The translations under genes were made by a program, and so were the position numbers. A stretch of 64,000 nt of DNA, taken from IMG/VR virus record IMGVR_UViG_644736339_000001; one strand, given 5' to 3'. This document shows, one piece after another, positions 56,010 to 64,000 of this stretch. Source of the DNA: a virus (lineage: Duplodnaviria; Caudoviricetes). The notes under the pieces are model-generated. The model was given only the letters and a program-made list of their open reading frames with translations. It was not told the DNA's origin and searched no databases. Position 1 is the stretch's first letter, and the number at the start of each line of letters is the position of its first letter.

Positions 56010-56180
56010 TCAGTCATCGGCCCAGTCGAAGCCGCGAAGCGGTTCCCCAGGCGCATCAAGCTCATCCAGCCGCGCCCGGACAACGGCAGCCATGTCCTCG
56101 CTCATTGCCCAGCCGGCCAACGGCGACTCCTCAGGTGGCTCGCTGTCGTCAACGTCGTGGTAGTCGTCGAAACCGTTCAT
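56010..56180 (-). CDS. small acidic protein
   Basis: SD AGGGGG before ATG 56180. Confidence 0.4.
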   Translation of the reverse strand: MNGFDDYHDVDDSEPPEESPLAGWAMSEDMAAVVRARLDELDAPGEPLRGFDWADD

Positions 56181-56556
56181 ATTGCCCCCTGAAATCCGGC
56201 TGCCTGGCAATGGCCAAACGCGTTCGCAGCGTAACCCGAAACCGGCTTGATCGGCCCGGTTTGACCAAGATTCAGCATGATCGGGTCAAGCCACGGCAAA
56301 GAGATCCACAAGTCGCGTCGTCGCAGTGCTGGATCATGCCTTCGCCGCAGGTCAGAGGTGTCGTTTTGGGACGTGCGGGACCCCTGGACGCGGTAAGATT
56401 TATCAGCACAGAAACGCCAAAACCGGGCCCGAAGGCCCGGCCCTGGACGACGAGTGTGCAGCCCGTCGTAAAGCTCTCCGTCGCACCCACGCAAGGAGAC
56501 CGCATGAAGCGTGTCTTAAGTATATACAACACCACGAACTGTGTGGTGGTGTTCGC

Positions 56557-57597
56557 GTGAACATCGAGGTCCACCGTCTCCGAGTCGGCGCGTCTGGATT
56601 CGAACGCGCGCCAAACGGGGCGACCTTCAACAAGGAACTGTCGATCGCTGCCATCGGGCTGCTGGTGCGACTACTGGCCGACGGCTGCAACCACTCGTCC
56701 ATCGATGCAATCGCCGAGTTCTACAGTCCAGGCAGCGCGGACGGGAAGCAGCGGCGGGGGATGGGGCGCGATGCCTACCGGGCTGCCGCCAAGGAGTTGG
56801 AAGCGGAAGGCCACCTTGCGCGAGAGCGGATCGTGGTGAACGGGCTTCCAGGCTGGCGGATTCAAGTTTTCGCGCAGCCGAATGTGCCTAATGCCCGTTC
56901 CGTCCCAACGACGGCTAAGCCACTTCCGGCCTCACCTGCGGGAACGACGCATTCTCCCAGCTCGTCTCCGGTGACGGCTGAACCACTTTCGGTTTCACCT
57001 GCGGAAACAGGGCAAACGCCCAGTTCGCGCCCAACGACGGCTAAGCCGTCGTCATTCCTTACAGACTTTTCTACAGACGAACAGACCCCTTTCCCCCACC
57101 TTCCCAGTGACGCTCCAGATTGGATGCCGCCAGCTGGCGCGGAGGGGGAGGAGGTCCAGGAGGAGGGGGAGGGTTCGGAAATCGAAGACGAGGTTCAAAA
57201 GCGCGCTGCCGTCTTCGTTGAGCAGCTCCCCTTCGACCGGCACCCAGGACGCCGACGACGGCAGGGACTCCAGGCGGTCGTTTCCCAAAATCTGGCCTCC
57301 GGCTGGTCCGAGGACGACCTCATGGAGGTCTGTGTTGCCGGTCTGGCGACCGCCAACGATCGGATAGCGGTCTGGATGTCCAGGCTCGATCCGGAGGAGC
57401 TTGGTCCTGCTCCAAAAGCGGAGCAGGACGATTCTGAAGCGAATTTGAAGCCGGGGTGGGTTCCGAAGCCGCGCCGCAACTCTGATGGCCACCAGACGTG
57501 GCAGGACCCCGATTCGCATAGCTACCACGCCCCAAAGGGCCAGCACCAAGGCTGGGAGAACCCCACCGACCCCGATGCCTACGAAGGCACGTTCTGA
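56557..57597 (+). CDS. replication initiator-like protein 2 (N-terminal wHTH)
   Basis: LSIAAIGLLVRLL..GRDAYRAAAKELEAEGHL; internal 63-bp repeats. Confidence 0.7.
   Translation: MNIEVHRLRVGASGFERAPNGATFNKELSIAAIGLLVRLLADGCNHSSIDAIAEFYSPGSADGKQRRGMGRDAYRAAAKELEAEGHLARERIVVNGLPGWRIQVFAQPNVPNARSVPTTAKPLPASPAGTTHSPSSSPVTAEPLSVSPAETGQTPSSRPTTAKPSSFLTDFSTDEQTPFPHLPSDAPDWMPPAGAEGEEVQEEGEGSEIEDEVQKRAAVFVEQLPFDRHPGRRRRQGLQAVVSQNLASGWSEDDLMEVCVAGLATANDRIAVWMSRLDPEELGPAPKAEQDDSEANLKPGWVPKPRRNSDGHQTWQDPDSHSYHAPKGQHQGWENPTDPDAYEGTF
56904..57053 (+). repeat. 63-bp tandem repeats (second iteron array)
   Basis: GACGGCT(A/G)A at 56910, 56973, 57036; TCACCTGCGG in the first two units. Confidence 0.8.
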
Positions 57598-57609
57598 TTA
57601 GGAGGAATC

Positions 57610-58608
57610 ATGTCCGACGACCTCATCCTCTTCGAGGCGAAGCCGATGCCGAAGCGACGGACCGCCCACATTGACGCCCTACCGGAGCCGCTGGTCGACA
57701 CCTTCGAAGAGTTCTGGCGCGCCTACCCCCGGAAGGTCGGCAAGGCGCACGCGCGGAAGATCTACGCGAAGGCGGTCGCCAACGGCGCCGATCCGACGAA
57801 GATCCTGGCCGCCGCGCAGGAGTTCCGCAGCTACTGCGAGGACACCGGCCGCGAACAGAAGTTCATCCGGCATGCCGCTCGCTGGCTGAATGAGGCGTCG
57901 TGGGGGAAGGGGCTGCCGTTTGCCGATGCGCCGCTTCGGGTGAAGCCCGTGCAACCTCCGACCCCTGATGAACTTGCGCTTCTGGAGCCTGTGACGCCCC
58001 GACCACAGCGCTCCAGCAGCCGGGTACCGGTGCCCCGCGATACGCAACAGCGCGCCGACATCCTTGCCCGCGCCTACTGCGTCCTTCAGCCGCTGAGCTA
58101 TCACCACCGCGTCATGCGGATCGTGGAGGGCGCGATTGCTGCCGGCCGCTGGCACGACAAGGAGATCCGCTGGGCGCTGCTGCAACTGGCGAAAGCGGAT
58201 CGCAAGGTGACTGCCGAGACGTTGCGTACCGAGCTGCTTTACCGGCTGAGCGAGCGTCGGCAGGAGCGTGAATCCGGCACGTTGAGTCCGGACGCGGTGG
58301 TGTATCTCATCAAGGCCGACGAGTCGCCACTGGTGAAGATAGGCACCTCCGAGACGGCGCCGGAGCGGTTGTACGCGCTTCAATTGTCCTGCCCGGTGGA
58401 GTTGCGGATCTTGCACACCGTTCCCGGTACCTACGAGCTGGAGAAGGCGCTGCACCACGAGTTCCGGAGCCGGCGGCGGCACGGGGAGTGGTTCGACTTC
58501 TCTGACGTCGACCCGGTCGAAGCAGTAACACGTCGACTGCCGCACGTTCTGAAGCGGTTGGAAGAAGCGCGCACCGCCGCCAACACCCTGACCAAGGAGC
58601 CTTCATGA
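57610..58608 (+). CDS. phage replication-protein-like domain fused to GIY-YIG (T5orf172/MUG113-like) nuclease
   Basis: FEEFWRAYPRKVGK..HAARWLN; VYLI..VKIGTS..RL..LQ..EKALHHEF..GEWF. Confidence 0.8.
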   Translation: MSDDLILFEAKPMPKRRTAHIDALPEPLVDTFEEFWRAYPRKVGKAHARKIYAKAVANGADPTKILAAAQEFRSYCEDTGREQKFIRHAARWLNEASWGKGLPFADAPLRVKPVQPPTPDELALLEPVTPRPQRSSSRVPVPRDTQQRADILARAYCVLQPLSYHHRVMRIVEGAIAAGRWHDKEIRWALLQLAKADRKVTAETLRTELLYRLSERRQERESGTLSPDAVVYLIKADESPLVKIGTSETAPERLYALQLSCPVELRILHTVPGTYELEKALHHEFRSRRRHGEWFDFSDVDPVEAVTRRLPHVLKRLEEARTAANTLTKEPS

Positions 58609-59105
58609 CCACCACCCCTCTCCCCGACGGCTACTACGCCGTCCCGGATCCCGACGACCCGACCACCACGACCTGCTGGCGCGTGAAGGACGACTCCGGC
58701 GGCGCCCTGGCCGCCTCGCCGTCGGGCGCGCACTACGGCCCGGCGCTGTACAAGCGGGACCTTCCGAAGGGCCTGCGCGGACGGGAGCGCGGCGAGTGGA
58801 TTACCGCCTGGTACCAGACTGTGCGGCACCCGTGGGACCGGAAGGTCCGTGAGGCGATCGCTGCGGACCCGGAGGCTGCCGGGCTGCGGTTTGCGGAGTA
58901 CACGCACCACTGTTGCCGCTGCAACCAGCCGCTGACGGTGCCGGCGTCACAAGCCGCTGGCTTGGGCCCGGACTGTGTCGAAATCGTGCGGGCGAAGGCT
59001 GCGCGCGGTGCGGTCCTGGCCGACTCGGCGACGGCGCGGCAGCGGGCGATTGTGGACCGTGCGACGCGTACCGATCTAGTGCCGGCACCGAACGGTGGTG
59101 CCTGA
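58605..59105 (+). CDS. DUF6011-like Zn-finger protein
   Basis: CCRCNQPLTVPASQAAGLGPDC. Confidence 0.75.
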   Translation: MTTTPLPDGYYAVPDPDDPTTTTCWRVKDDSGGALAASPSGAHYGPALYKRDLPKGLRGRERGEWITAWYQTVRHPWDRKVREAIAADPEAAGLRFAEYTHHCCRCNQPLTVPASQAAGLGPDCVEIVRAKAARGAVLADSATARQRAIVDRATRTDLVPAPNGGA

Positions 59106-59341
59106 TGCGCGATCTCGAAGCGAAGATCCTCGCCTCCCTTGCCGAGGAGGACGAGCCGCTGTCGTGGGTCGGGCTGGTCAACAGCATCTGCCCGTGGCCG
59201 GCGGGTGAGATCCCCGACGCATTTGATGAACTGCTCGCGGCTGGCCTCATCGAGGTTGTAGGTGCCGGAGTGTCTGGAGGCTACGTGATTACCGACGCCG
59301 GGCGTGCAGCGCTCGCCACCACCACCGAGGAGAGATCATGA
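59105..59341 (+). CDS. small wHTH-like protein
   Basis: TGATG-coupled start; LLAAGLIE..YVITDAGRAAL. Confidence 0.6.
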   Translation: MRDLEAKILASLAEEDEPLSWVGLVNSICPWPAGEIPDAFDELLAAGLIEVVGAGVSGGYVITDAGRAALATTTEERS

Positions 59342-59709
59342 CGATTGCCCACAGGAAGTGGGGCAACCCCAACGGCCCGGCCGAGATGAACTGCCCGTGG
59401 TGCACCCGCGGCCACTTTCCGCCCACGGAAGCCGACGATGCCGACTGCACCTGCGTCCAGTGGTGCGGCAGCCCGGACTGCACCGCCGAGACGCCAGACC
59501 CGGACACTGCCGCGCTAATCGGCGCGTTCGAGGCAGTGAGCGCTGAGCGGGACGACGCTCGCGCTGTCGCGCTGATGCTGAAGAAGATCCTCGCCTCGAT
59601 GCCCACCTTCCTCGACGAGATCGTGGGCGAAGAGGTCTGGGACGAGCTGCCGGACTGGTTCACCGACGAGGACAACGGGCGCAGCTTCTGGGGTGGTGGC
59701 GATGCCTGA
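59338..59709 (+). CDS. Cys-rich hypothetical protein
   Basis: Coupled; CPWC..CTC..C..C. Confidence 0.6.
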   Translation: MTIAHRKWGNPNGPAEMNCPWCTRGHFPPTEADDADCTCVQWCGSPDCTAETPDPDTAALIGAFEAVSAERDDARAVALMLKKILASMPTFLDEIVGEEVWDELPDWFTDEDNGRSFWGGGDA

Positions 59710-59749
59710 GCCGACCATCACCCCCGTTTCGGACGAAAGGCAAGGCCTG

Positions 59750-60076
59750 ATGACCGACAGCGCAACAACCTGCCCCGAGTGCGGCACCCCGGCCCCCGAC
59801 TGGAATGCCGAGGAGCGCGAGTGCGACACCTGCGTGGCGATCGCCGATCTCGCCAATGCCCGCGACCAGCTTGCTGAGGCCATCGAGTACGAGGAATGGG
59901 GTGCGGCCCGCAACGAGCTGGAGTGGCTCGGTCAGGTCATCGGCAGGCTCCACAAGGCGCTGGACGTGATCAGCGATTCTGATGCGCACAACCGGATCGT
60001 GGACCTGCTGAACCAGGCCAGCGTGCAGTACAACGCGGCTGCGGATCAGTCGAACGCGGCGGGAGGGTGGCGGTGA
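59750..60076 (+). CDS. Zn-ribbon + helical hypothetical protein
   Basis: CPEC..CDTC; SD GAAAGG; alternative start 59702. Confidence 0.55.
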   Translation: MTDSATTCPECGTPAPDWNAEERECDTCVAIADLANARDQLAEAIEYEEWGAARNELEWLGQVIGRLHKALDVISDSDAHNRIVDLLNQASVQYNAAADQSNAAGGWR

Positions 60077-60288
60077 CATTCATGGGCGACCTGCCGAAGC
60101 CCGGCAACGCCGGATACGAGGAACACGCCTCGCCGCACGCGATCCGTGCGCACCTGCTGGACGCACGGACCAAGCGGCGGCGTGTCCTCGCCGAGTACGA
60201 CAGGACAATTAACTGGCTGGAGGAGCTGTTGCTCGACCGGACGCAGCAGGTTGCCGACGGGCAGTGGCCGAGGAGGGATGAGCGGTGA
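60073..60288 (+). CDS. small hypothetical protein
   Basis: Coupled GTGA overlaps. Confidence 0.55.
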   Translation: MTFMGDLPKPGNAGYEEHASPHAIRAHLLDARTKRRRVLAEYDRTINWLEELLLDRTQQVADGQWPRRDER

Positions 60289-60581
60289 TTGCTTTGTCTG
60301 CTAACGCCGAGCTGCTGTTGCGTGTATTCGCTGCGACGGCCGGCCCGATCGGAATGTTCGAGGCGGCCGACGTCCTGCTCGCGCCGAACCCTGGTGACCG
60401 GCCGGAATACTTCGGCAGCGCGTATGACCTGCTGATTGCAGGCGCCAGCCTGTACAACCAGGGCTGCATCGACCGGGTGGTTGCTGACGGCGTGAACGGC
60501 GACCTGTACGAGCCCACCGAGGTGGGGCGGCGGATTGCGGCAATGCCGTGGCCGAAACGGAATGGGAGGGCTTGGCGGTGA
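60285..60581 (+). CDS. small wHTH-like protein
   Basis: LYNQGCI..YEPTEVGRR. Confidence 0.55.
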   Translation: MIALSANAELLLRVFAATAGPIGMFEAADVLLAPNPGDRPEYFGSAYDLLIAGASLYNQGCIDRVVADGVNGDLYEPTEVGRRIAAMPWPKRNGRAWR

Positions 60582-61216
60582 CCGACGACTACCTGGACCG
60601 CCTGGAGCACCACCTCGGCGCCTACCGCGGGGGCGAGGACAATGGGCGCAAAAACCGTGGAAGGCGGACGGCGATGTCTGAACCGATCAAGCCGATGACC
60701 GCAGCCGATGAGGCTCGCGCGTGGATTCAGCGTCTCGTGCGGATTGCCGACGAGTGCAACGCGCAGAACGAGGCCGAAGCAATCCCCGAAGTGAACTGCC
60801 CGCCGACGCACGTCAGCGCTGTGGTTCGGCTGAAGCCGTTGCCCGACGGGCGCGTGTCGGTGTACGAGCCCGGCGTCGAGGTCACGCCGGATCGGCTGCG
60901 GGCGTTCCTCGCCGAGCACGACGAACAACGCGACCGTGGCGAGACGGCGGAACGCGCACTTACCGAGCTGCAGCAGCGCCTCGGCGAGACGGCCGAGGAA
61001 TGGGGTGTGCGACGCGCCTGGAGCGAGAACGCCGAGACTCGCGAGGGCTACGCCATTTGCGAATCCGAGGAGCACGCCGGTGCTGTTCTGGACCATTACC
61101 GGGCGGTTGATCGGGCTGAGAGGAGCCTCGTTAAATCCGCGCTGGCGTGGCGGATTGTCGGCGAGTGGAGGCTGGCCGAGCAGCAGCCTGAGGGTGGCGC
61201 TGGGGATCCAACGTGA
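60578..61216 (+). CDS. hypothetical phage protein
   Basis: Coupled ORF; start uncertain. Confidence 0.5.
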   Translation: MTDDYLDRLEHHLGAYRGGEDNGRKNRGRRTAMSEPIKPMTAADEARAWIQRLVRIADECNAQNEAEAIPEVNCPPTHVSAVVRLKPLPDGRVSVYEPGVEVTPDRLRAFLAEHDEQRDRGETAERALTELQQRLGETAEEWGVRRAWSENAETREGYAICESEEHAGAVLDHYRAVDRAERSLVKSALAWRIVGEWRLAEQQPEGGAGDPT

Positions 61217-61767
61217 GCGGCTGGTGGCGTCTCCTTGCCTCCGTGTCGGTCGGCGCGCTAATCCCGCTGGCGGCTGGGATGGGTTGCGCCCTGCTGGGTC
61301 TCGGCCCGAACTGGTGGATGGGCATGTCCGCGGCCCTCGGGCTCGTCTGGGCGTTGACGCAGAACCGGATCCTTGACAGGGCCGGGGCCGCGTGGACGGA
61401 GCTGTGCGAGGCTGCCGGCGAGGTGCCGGCCCTCAACGACGACGACGCCACCCTGCTCGCATTGTTCGCGATGCATTCCAGCCCTGTACGCGTAGCGTGG
61501 CCGGTCAAGATCCTGAACCCGTGTCCGGACTCGCGGTGGTGGCCGTACCCGTGGCGGCACTGCCGTGTCATGTTCGCCTGGGGGTGCCGAAACGCCGAAC
61601 TGTTCACCGGGACCGAAAGGCTCGCCGGCAAGAACCTGCTGCAGCGCACCGAGCGCGGCCGGTCGTGGGACGGGACGAGCGTGTACGAGGCCACCGGGCT
61701 CGGGCGGGACGTGGCGGCGAGGAACGCTGAGGTGCTGATGGCTGGGCGGATGGAGGAAGCAGCATGA
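61213..61767 (+). CDS. two-TM membrane protein with wHTH-like C-terminus
   Basis: Two N-terminal TMs; YEATGLGR. Confidence 0.55.
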   Translation: MSGWWRLLASVSVGALIPLAAGMGCALLGLGPNWWMGMSAALGLVWALTQNRILDRAGAAWTELCEAAGEVPALNDDDATLLALFAMHSSPVRVAWPVKILNPCPDSRWWPYPWRHCRVMFAWGCRNAELFTGTERLAGKNLLQRTERGRSWDGTSVYEATGLGRDVAARNAEVLMAGRMEEAA

Positions 61768-61961
61768 CTGAAGTGCGCGAGGTTACCCAGTGCCGCCACT
61801 GCCGCGGGCCGGTGAAGCGCGACGAACTCCACGACCACGCCGGCGAGCGGAACGACTGCTACGCCGTGTGGACCTGCGTGAACCCGAACTGCCAGTCCAG
61901 CAGCGATGTCGCGTTCATGGTCTGCAGCGGCGGCGATGATGCAACCGAGGAGGAAGCATGA
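61764..61961 (+). CDS. small Zn-ribbon protein
   Basis: CRHC..CVNPNC. Confidence 0.6.
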   Translation: MTEVREVTQCRHCRGPVKRDELHDHAGERNDCYAVWTCVNPNCQSSSDVAFMVCSGGDDATEEEA

Positions 61962-62164
61962 ACGTCTGGCGCTGCGCGCGTTGCGGGAAGCTCAACGAGA
62001 GCGAAGCCTTCGTCCTCTGGGACGACGACAACAGCTGCTGGTTCCAGGTCGGAGACAAGTACGGCAGCAACGAGCCCAAGTGCCACGGCTGTCTTGCGAA
62101 CATCTACACGAACCCGGAGCTGATGGGCCAGATGTACCGGCTCGAACCGATCGAGGCGCCATGA
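61958..62164 (+). CDS. small Zn-ribbon protein
   Basis: CARC..CHGC; SD GAGGAGGA. Confidence 0.6.
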   Translation: MNVWRCARCGKLNESEAFVLWDDDNSCWFQVGDKYGSNEPKCHGCLANIYTNPELMGQMYRLEPIEAP

Positions 62165-62454
62165 CTGAACACGACATTCCCGCGCTCGTTCAGGTACTCC
62201 AGCTCACCAAAGGACGCCCGGAGTGGAGCGCTTGGGATGCTGACGGCAACTGGTACTACCTGCGGTACCGCCTTGGGTCCGGCACCGTTCACATCTCACC
62301 TGGGGGTCCCGCGTTCGGTGCCAGCGATCAGGACTTCGTGAACGCCCTCGACGCGGCGAGGCTGCTCACCGACTTTGTGTACGGCAACGTCAGCGACGGC
62401 GAGATCACGCTGCCCGCGTTCCTGCGCATGGCCGGCATGCGAACGGCGGCGTGA
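62161..62454 (+). CDS. hypothetical phage protein
   Basis: PEWSAWDADGNWYYLRYRLGSG motif; ATGA coupling. Confidence 0.65.
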   Translation: MTEHDIPALVQVLQLTKGRPEWSAWDADGNWYYLRYRLGSGTVHISPGGPAFGASDQDFVNALDAARLLTDFVYGNVSDGEITLPAFLRMAGMRTAA

Positions 62455-62472
62455 CGTGAGCAGGACGTTCTG

Positions 62473-63078
62473 ATGACCCGCACCAAGAACACGATCCGCG
62501 CGGACGAGAACCGGCCGTCTGCTGCCATCCTGGAGTCCGCCCGCGAGGCCCGCAGGCTGGCGGCAGGATCGGGTGCGTCCGCTACCGCCACGCTCATCGT
62601 CTCGGGGTCGTATTCGAACTGCGGGTTCTGCGGCGCCCACGCCTTCTCCCATCAGGAGACGCACGAAACTGTCGCCGGCTACGGGCCGGCGCTTCCCGGC
62701 CGTGGCGCCCGGTTCACGGCCATTACATCCGACAGGATCCACATCGACGACGAACTGGGACAGCGACTAGCACAGATGCGCCCGGATCTACCCGTAGTGG
62801 ACTGGCTTAACCGAGGAGTGGACATGCCCGACGCCGTAACCATCAGCGCTGGCACCGCCGTGCCGGCACGGTCGTGCCCGAAGTGCGGCTCCGACGACAC
62901 CGCCATGAACTACTGCGACGGCTGCCGGTTGCGGCCGTACTCGGCCTACGACGGCAACCACCTCGACAACAAGTGCGCCGACGGCGACACAGAGCACTTC
63001 CACCGAAGCTGCGGTCGCTGCCGCTATCAGTGGCGCACCGACGACGTGATCAACGCGCGGGAGGTGTGCAAGCGGTGA
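62473..63078 (+). CDS. Cys-rich hypothetical protein
   Basis: CGFC, CPKC, CDGC, CGRC. Confidence 0.55.
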   Translation: MTRTKNTIRADENRPSAAILESAREARRLAAGSGASATATLIVSGSYSNCGFCGAHAFSHQETHETVAGYGPALPGRGARFTAITSDRIHIDDELGQRLAQMRPDLPVVDWLNRGVDMPDAVTISAGTAVPARSCPKCGSDDTAMNYCDGCRLRPYSAYDGNHLDNKCADGDTEHFHRSCGRCRYQWRTDDVINAREVCKR

Positions 63079-63326
63079 CTGCCGCCTGGGTCGCCTGCGA
63101 ATGCGACGCCACCCCCTGCATCTGTTACATCCCGCCGCCGCAGATCGGGCCGGCCGATCGGGCCGAGGCGGAACGGCTCCGCGACGAGATGGCTGCCAGC
63201 GGGTCGGACGCCCGCGCATGGTTTGCCAACTTCATTGATGAGAACAGCGACGAGCTTGCTGAGGCGTTGTCGCGGCCGGTGGAGGACCTGATTGCCGAAG
63301 CGCTCGCAGCCCGGGAGGGATCATGA
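63075..63326 (+). CDS. small hypothetical protein
   Basis: GTGA coupling; CEC..CIC. Confidence 0.5.
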   Translation: MTAAWVACECDATPCICYIPPPQIGPADRAEAERLRDEMAASGSDARAWFANFIDENSDELAEALSRPVEDLIAEALAAREGS

Positions 63327-63859
63327 CCGACACGTCCGCAACGAATCCCGAGTGGATCCCGGTCTGGTACGGCTACGACCGCGAGTTCCTGGTGCGCTTC
63401 ACCGACGCCGACAACCGTCGCCACGACTGGCACGTCCGCTCTGACAATTTCGACGGCACGGGCCGGCGGCGCCACATGGCCTGGCATGCGTGGCCTGACA
63501 TCCCGGACCCGGAGCGGTGGGACAAGCCGGTGTTTCTGCACCGCCGTCTTGCCGACGCGAAGGACGAGTTCGCGCTCGTGGTCATGCAGGGCTGGCGGCG
63601 CGGCTTCGGCTACACCGAAAGTGTCACGGGTAGCCCGATCTACGGGCGCGACAGTGCACGTCGTGAGCGGAGATTCCTTGTGGCCGAGCTGCACGGCCGT
63701 GGTATCTGCCCACGGTGCGGCAAATTGGTGCACGTCCGAACCGACGGGATGCTGAACGCGCACAACCGGCCGCGAAGCCTGGACCGGTGCGACGGGACGC
63801 ACGGACCTGCGGTAGCCGAGCTCAAGACGCTGGCGCAGATGGCGGAGGCTGGGCTGTGA
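63323..63859 (+). CDS. hypothetical protein with C-terminal Zn finger
   Basis: GICPRCG..DGMLNAH..C. Confidence 0.6.
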   Translation: MTDTSATNPEWIPVWYGYDREFLVRFTDADNRRHDWHVRSDNFDGTGRRRHMAWHAWPDIPDPERWDKPVFLHRRLADAKDEFALVVMQGWRRGFGYTESVTGSPIYGRDSARRERRFLVAELHGRGICPRCGKLVHVRTDGMLNAHNRPRSLDRCDGTHGPAVAELKTLAQMAEAGL

Positions 63860-64000
63860 CGGACATTGTGGAGTTCATCAAGGCGCAGATGGCCGTCGAT
63901 GAGCAGCTGGCCCTTGCGACCACACCGGTCCCGGTGCCCGGCAGCTGGAGAGCGGCGCAGGACAAGCACGCGGCCGACGATGCGCCGCTGTCGCTGATTC
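63856..64000 (+). CDS. DUF6221-like protein (partial, runs off the window)
   Basis: MTDIVEFIKAQMAVDEQLALA N-terminus. Confidence 0.5.
   Translation, partial: MTDIVEFIKAQMAVDEQLALATTPVPVPGSWRAAQDKHAADDAPLSLI

Noticed and set aside
53450-56560. 1036-aa + strand ORF
   Set aside because: Shadow of five recognisable - strand genes; no motifs; expected in high-GC DNA

Overview
High-GC actinobacterial (Streptomyces/Catenulispora-like) mobile element; no host housekeeping genes are recognisable. 1.96-37 kb (- strand) is an apparently complete siphovirus late region. In transcription order it has a putative late regulator pair, a promoter/terminator and three tRNAs (Met-CAT, Ser-CGA, Ser-GCT), then terminases, an intein-containing portal fused to a MuF-like domain, a ClpP-type prohead protease and the capsid. 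After these come a beta-helix protein, neck and tail genes (-1 frameshifted chaperone, tape measure) and a lysis cassette that includes a PLD-family protein and an SGNH hydrolase. Directly upstream and co-oriented (37-50 kb) is an actinomycete plasmid/AICE-type conjugation module: xis-like HTH, small ORFs, Spd-like membrane proteins, a TraB/FtsK translocase and a KorSA/TraR-like GntR regulator. 49.4-58.6 kb holds two different iteron-bearing replication initiators and DnaB. It also has two divergent copies of a DUF6247-like/RelE-like/stand-alone UTRA triad flanking rep-dnaB, plus two lipoproteins. 58.6-64 kb is a run of small phage early/middle genes. No integrase, att site or CI-like repressor is visible in the window. 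The main candidate novelty is a phage/TraB-conjugative hybrid element. Family names come from motif recognition by eye, not from database searches.
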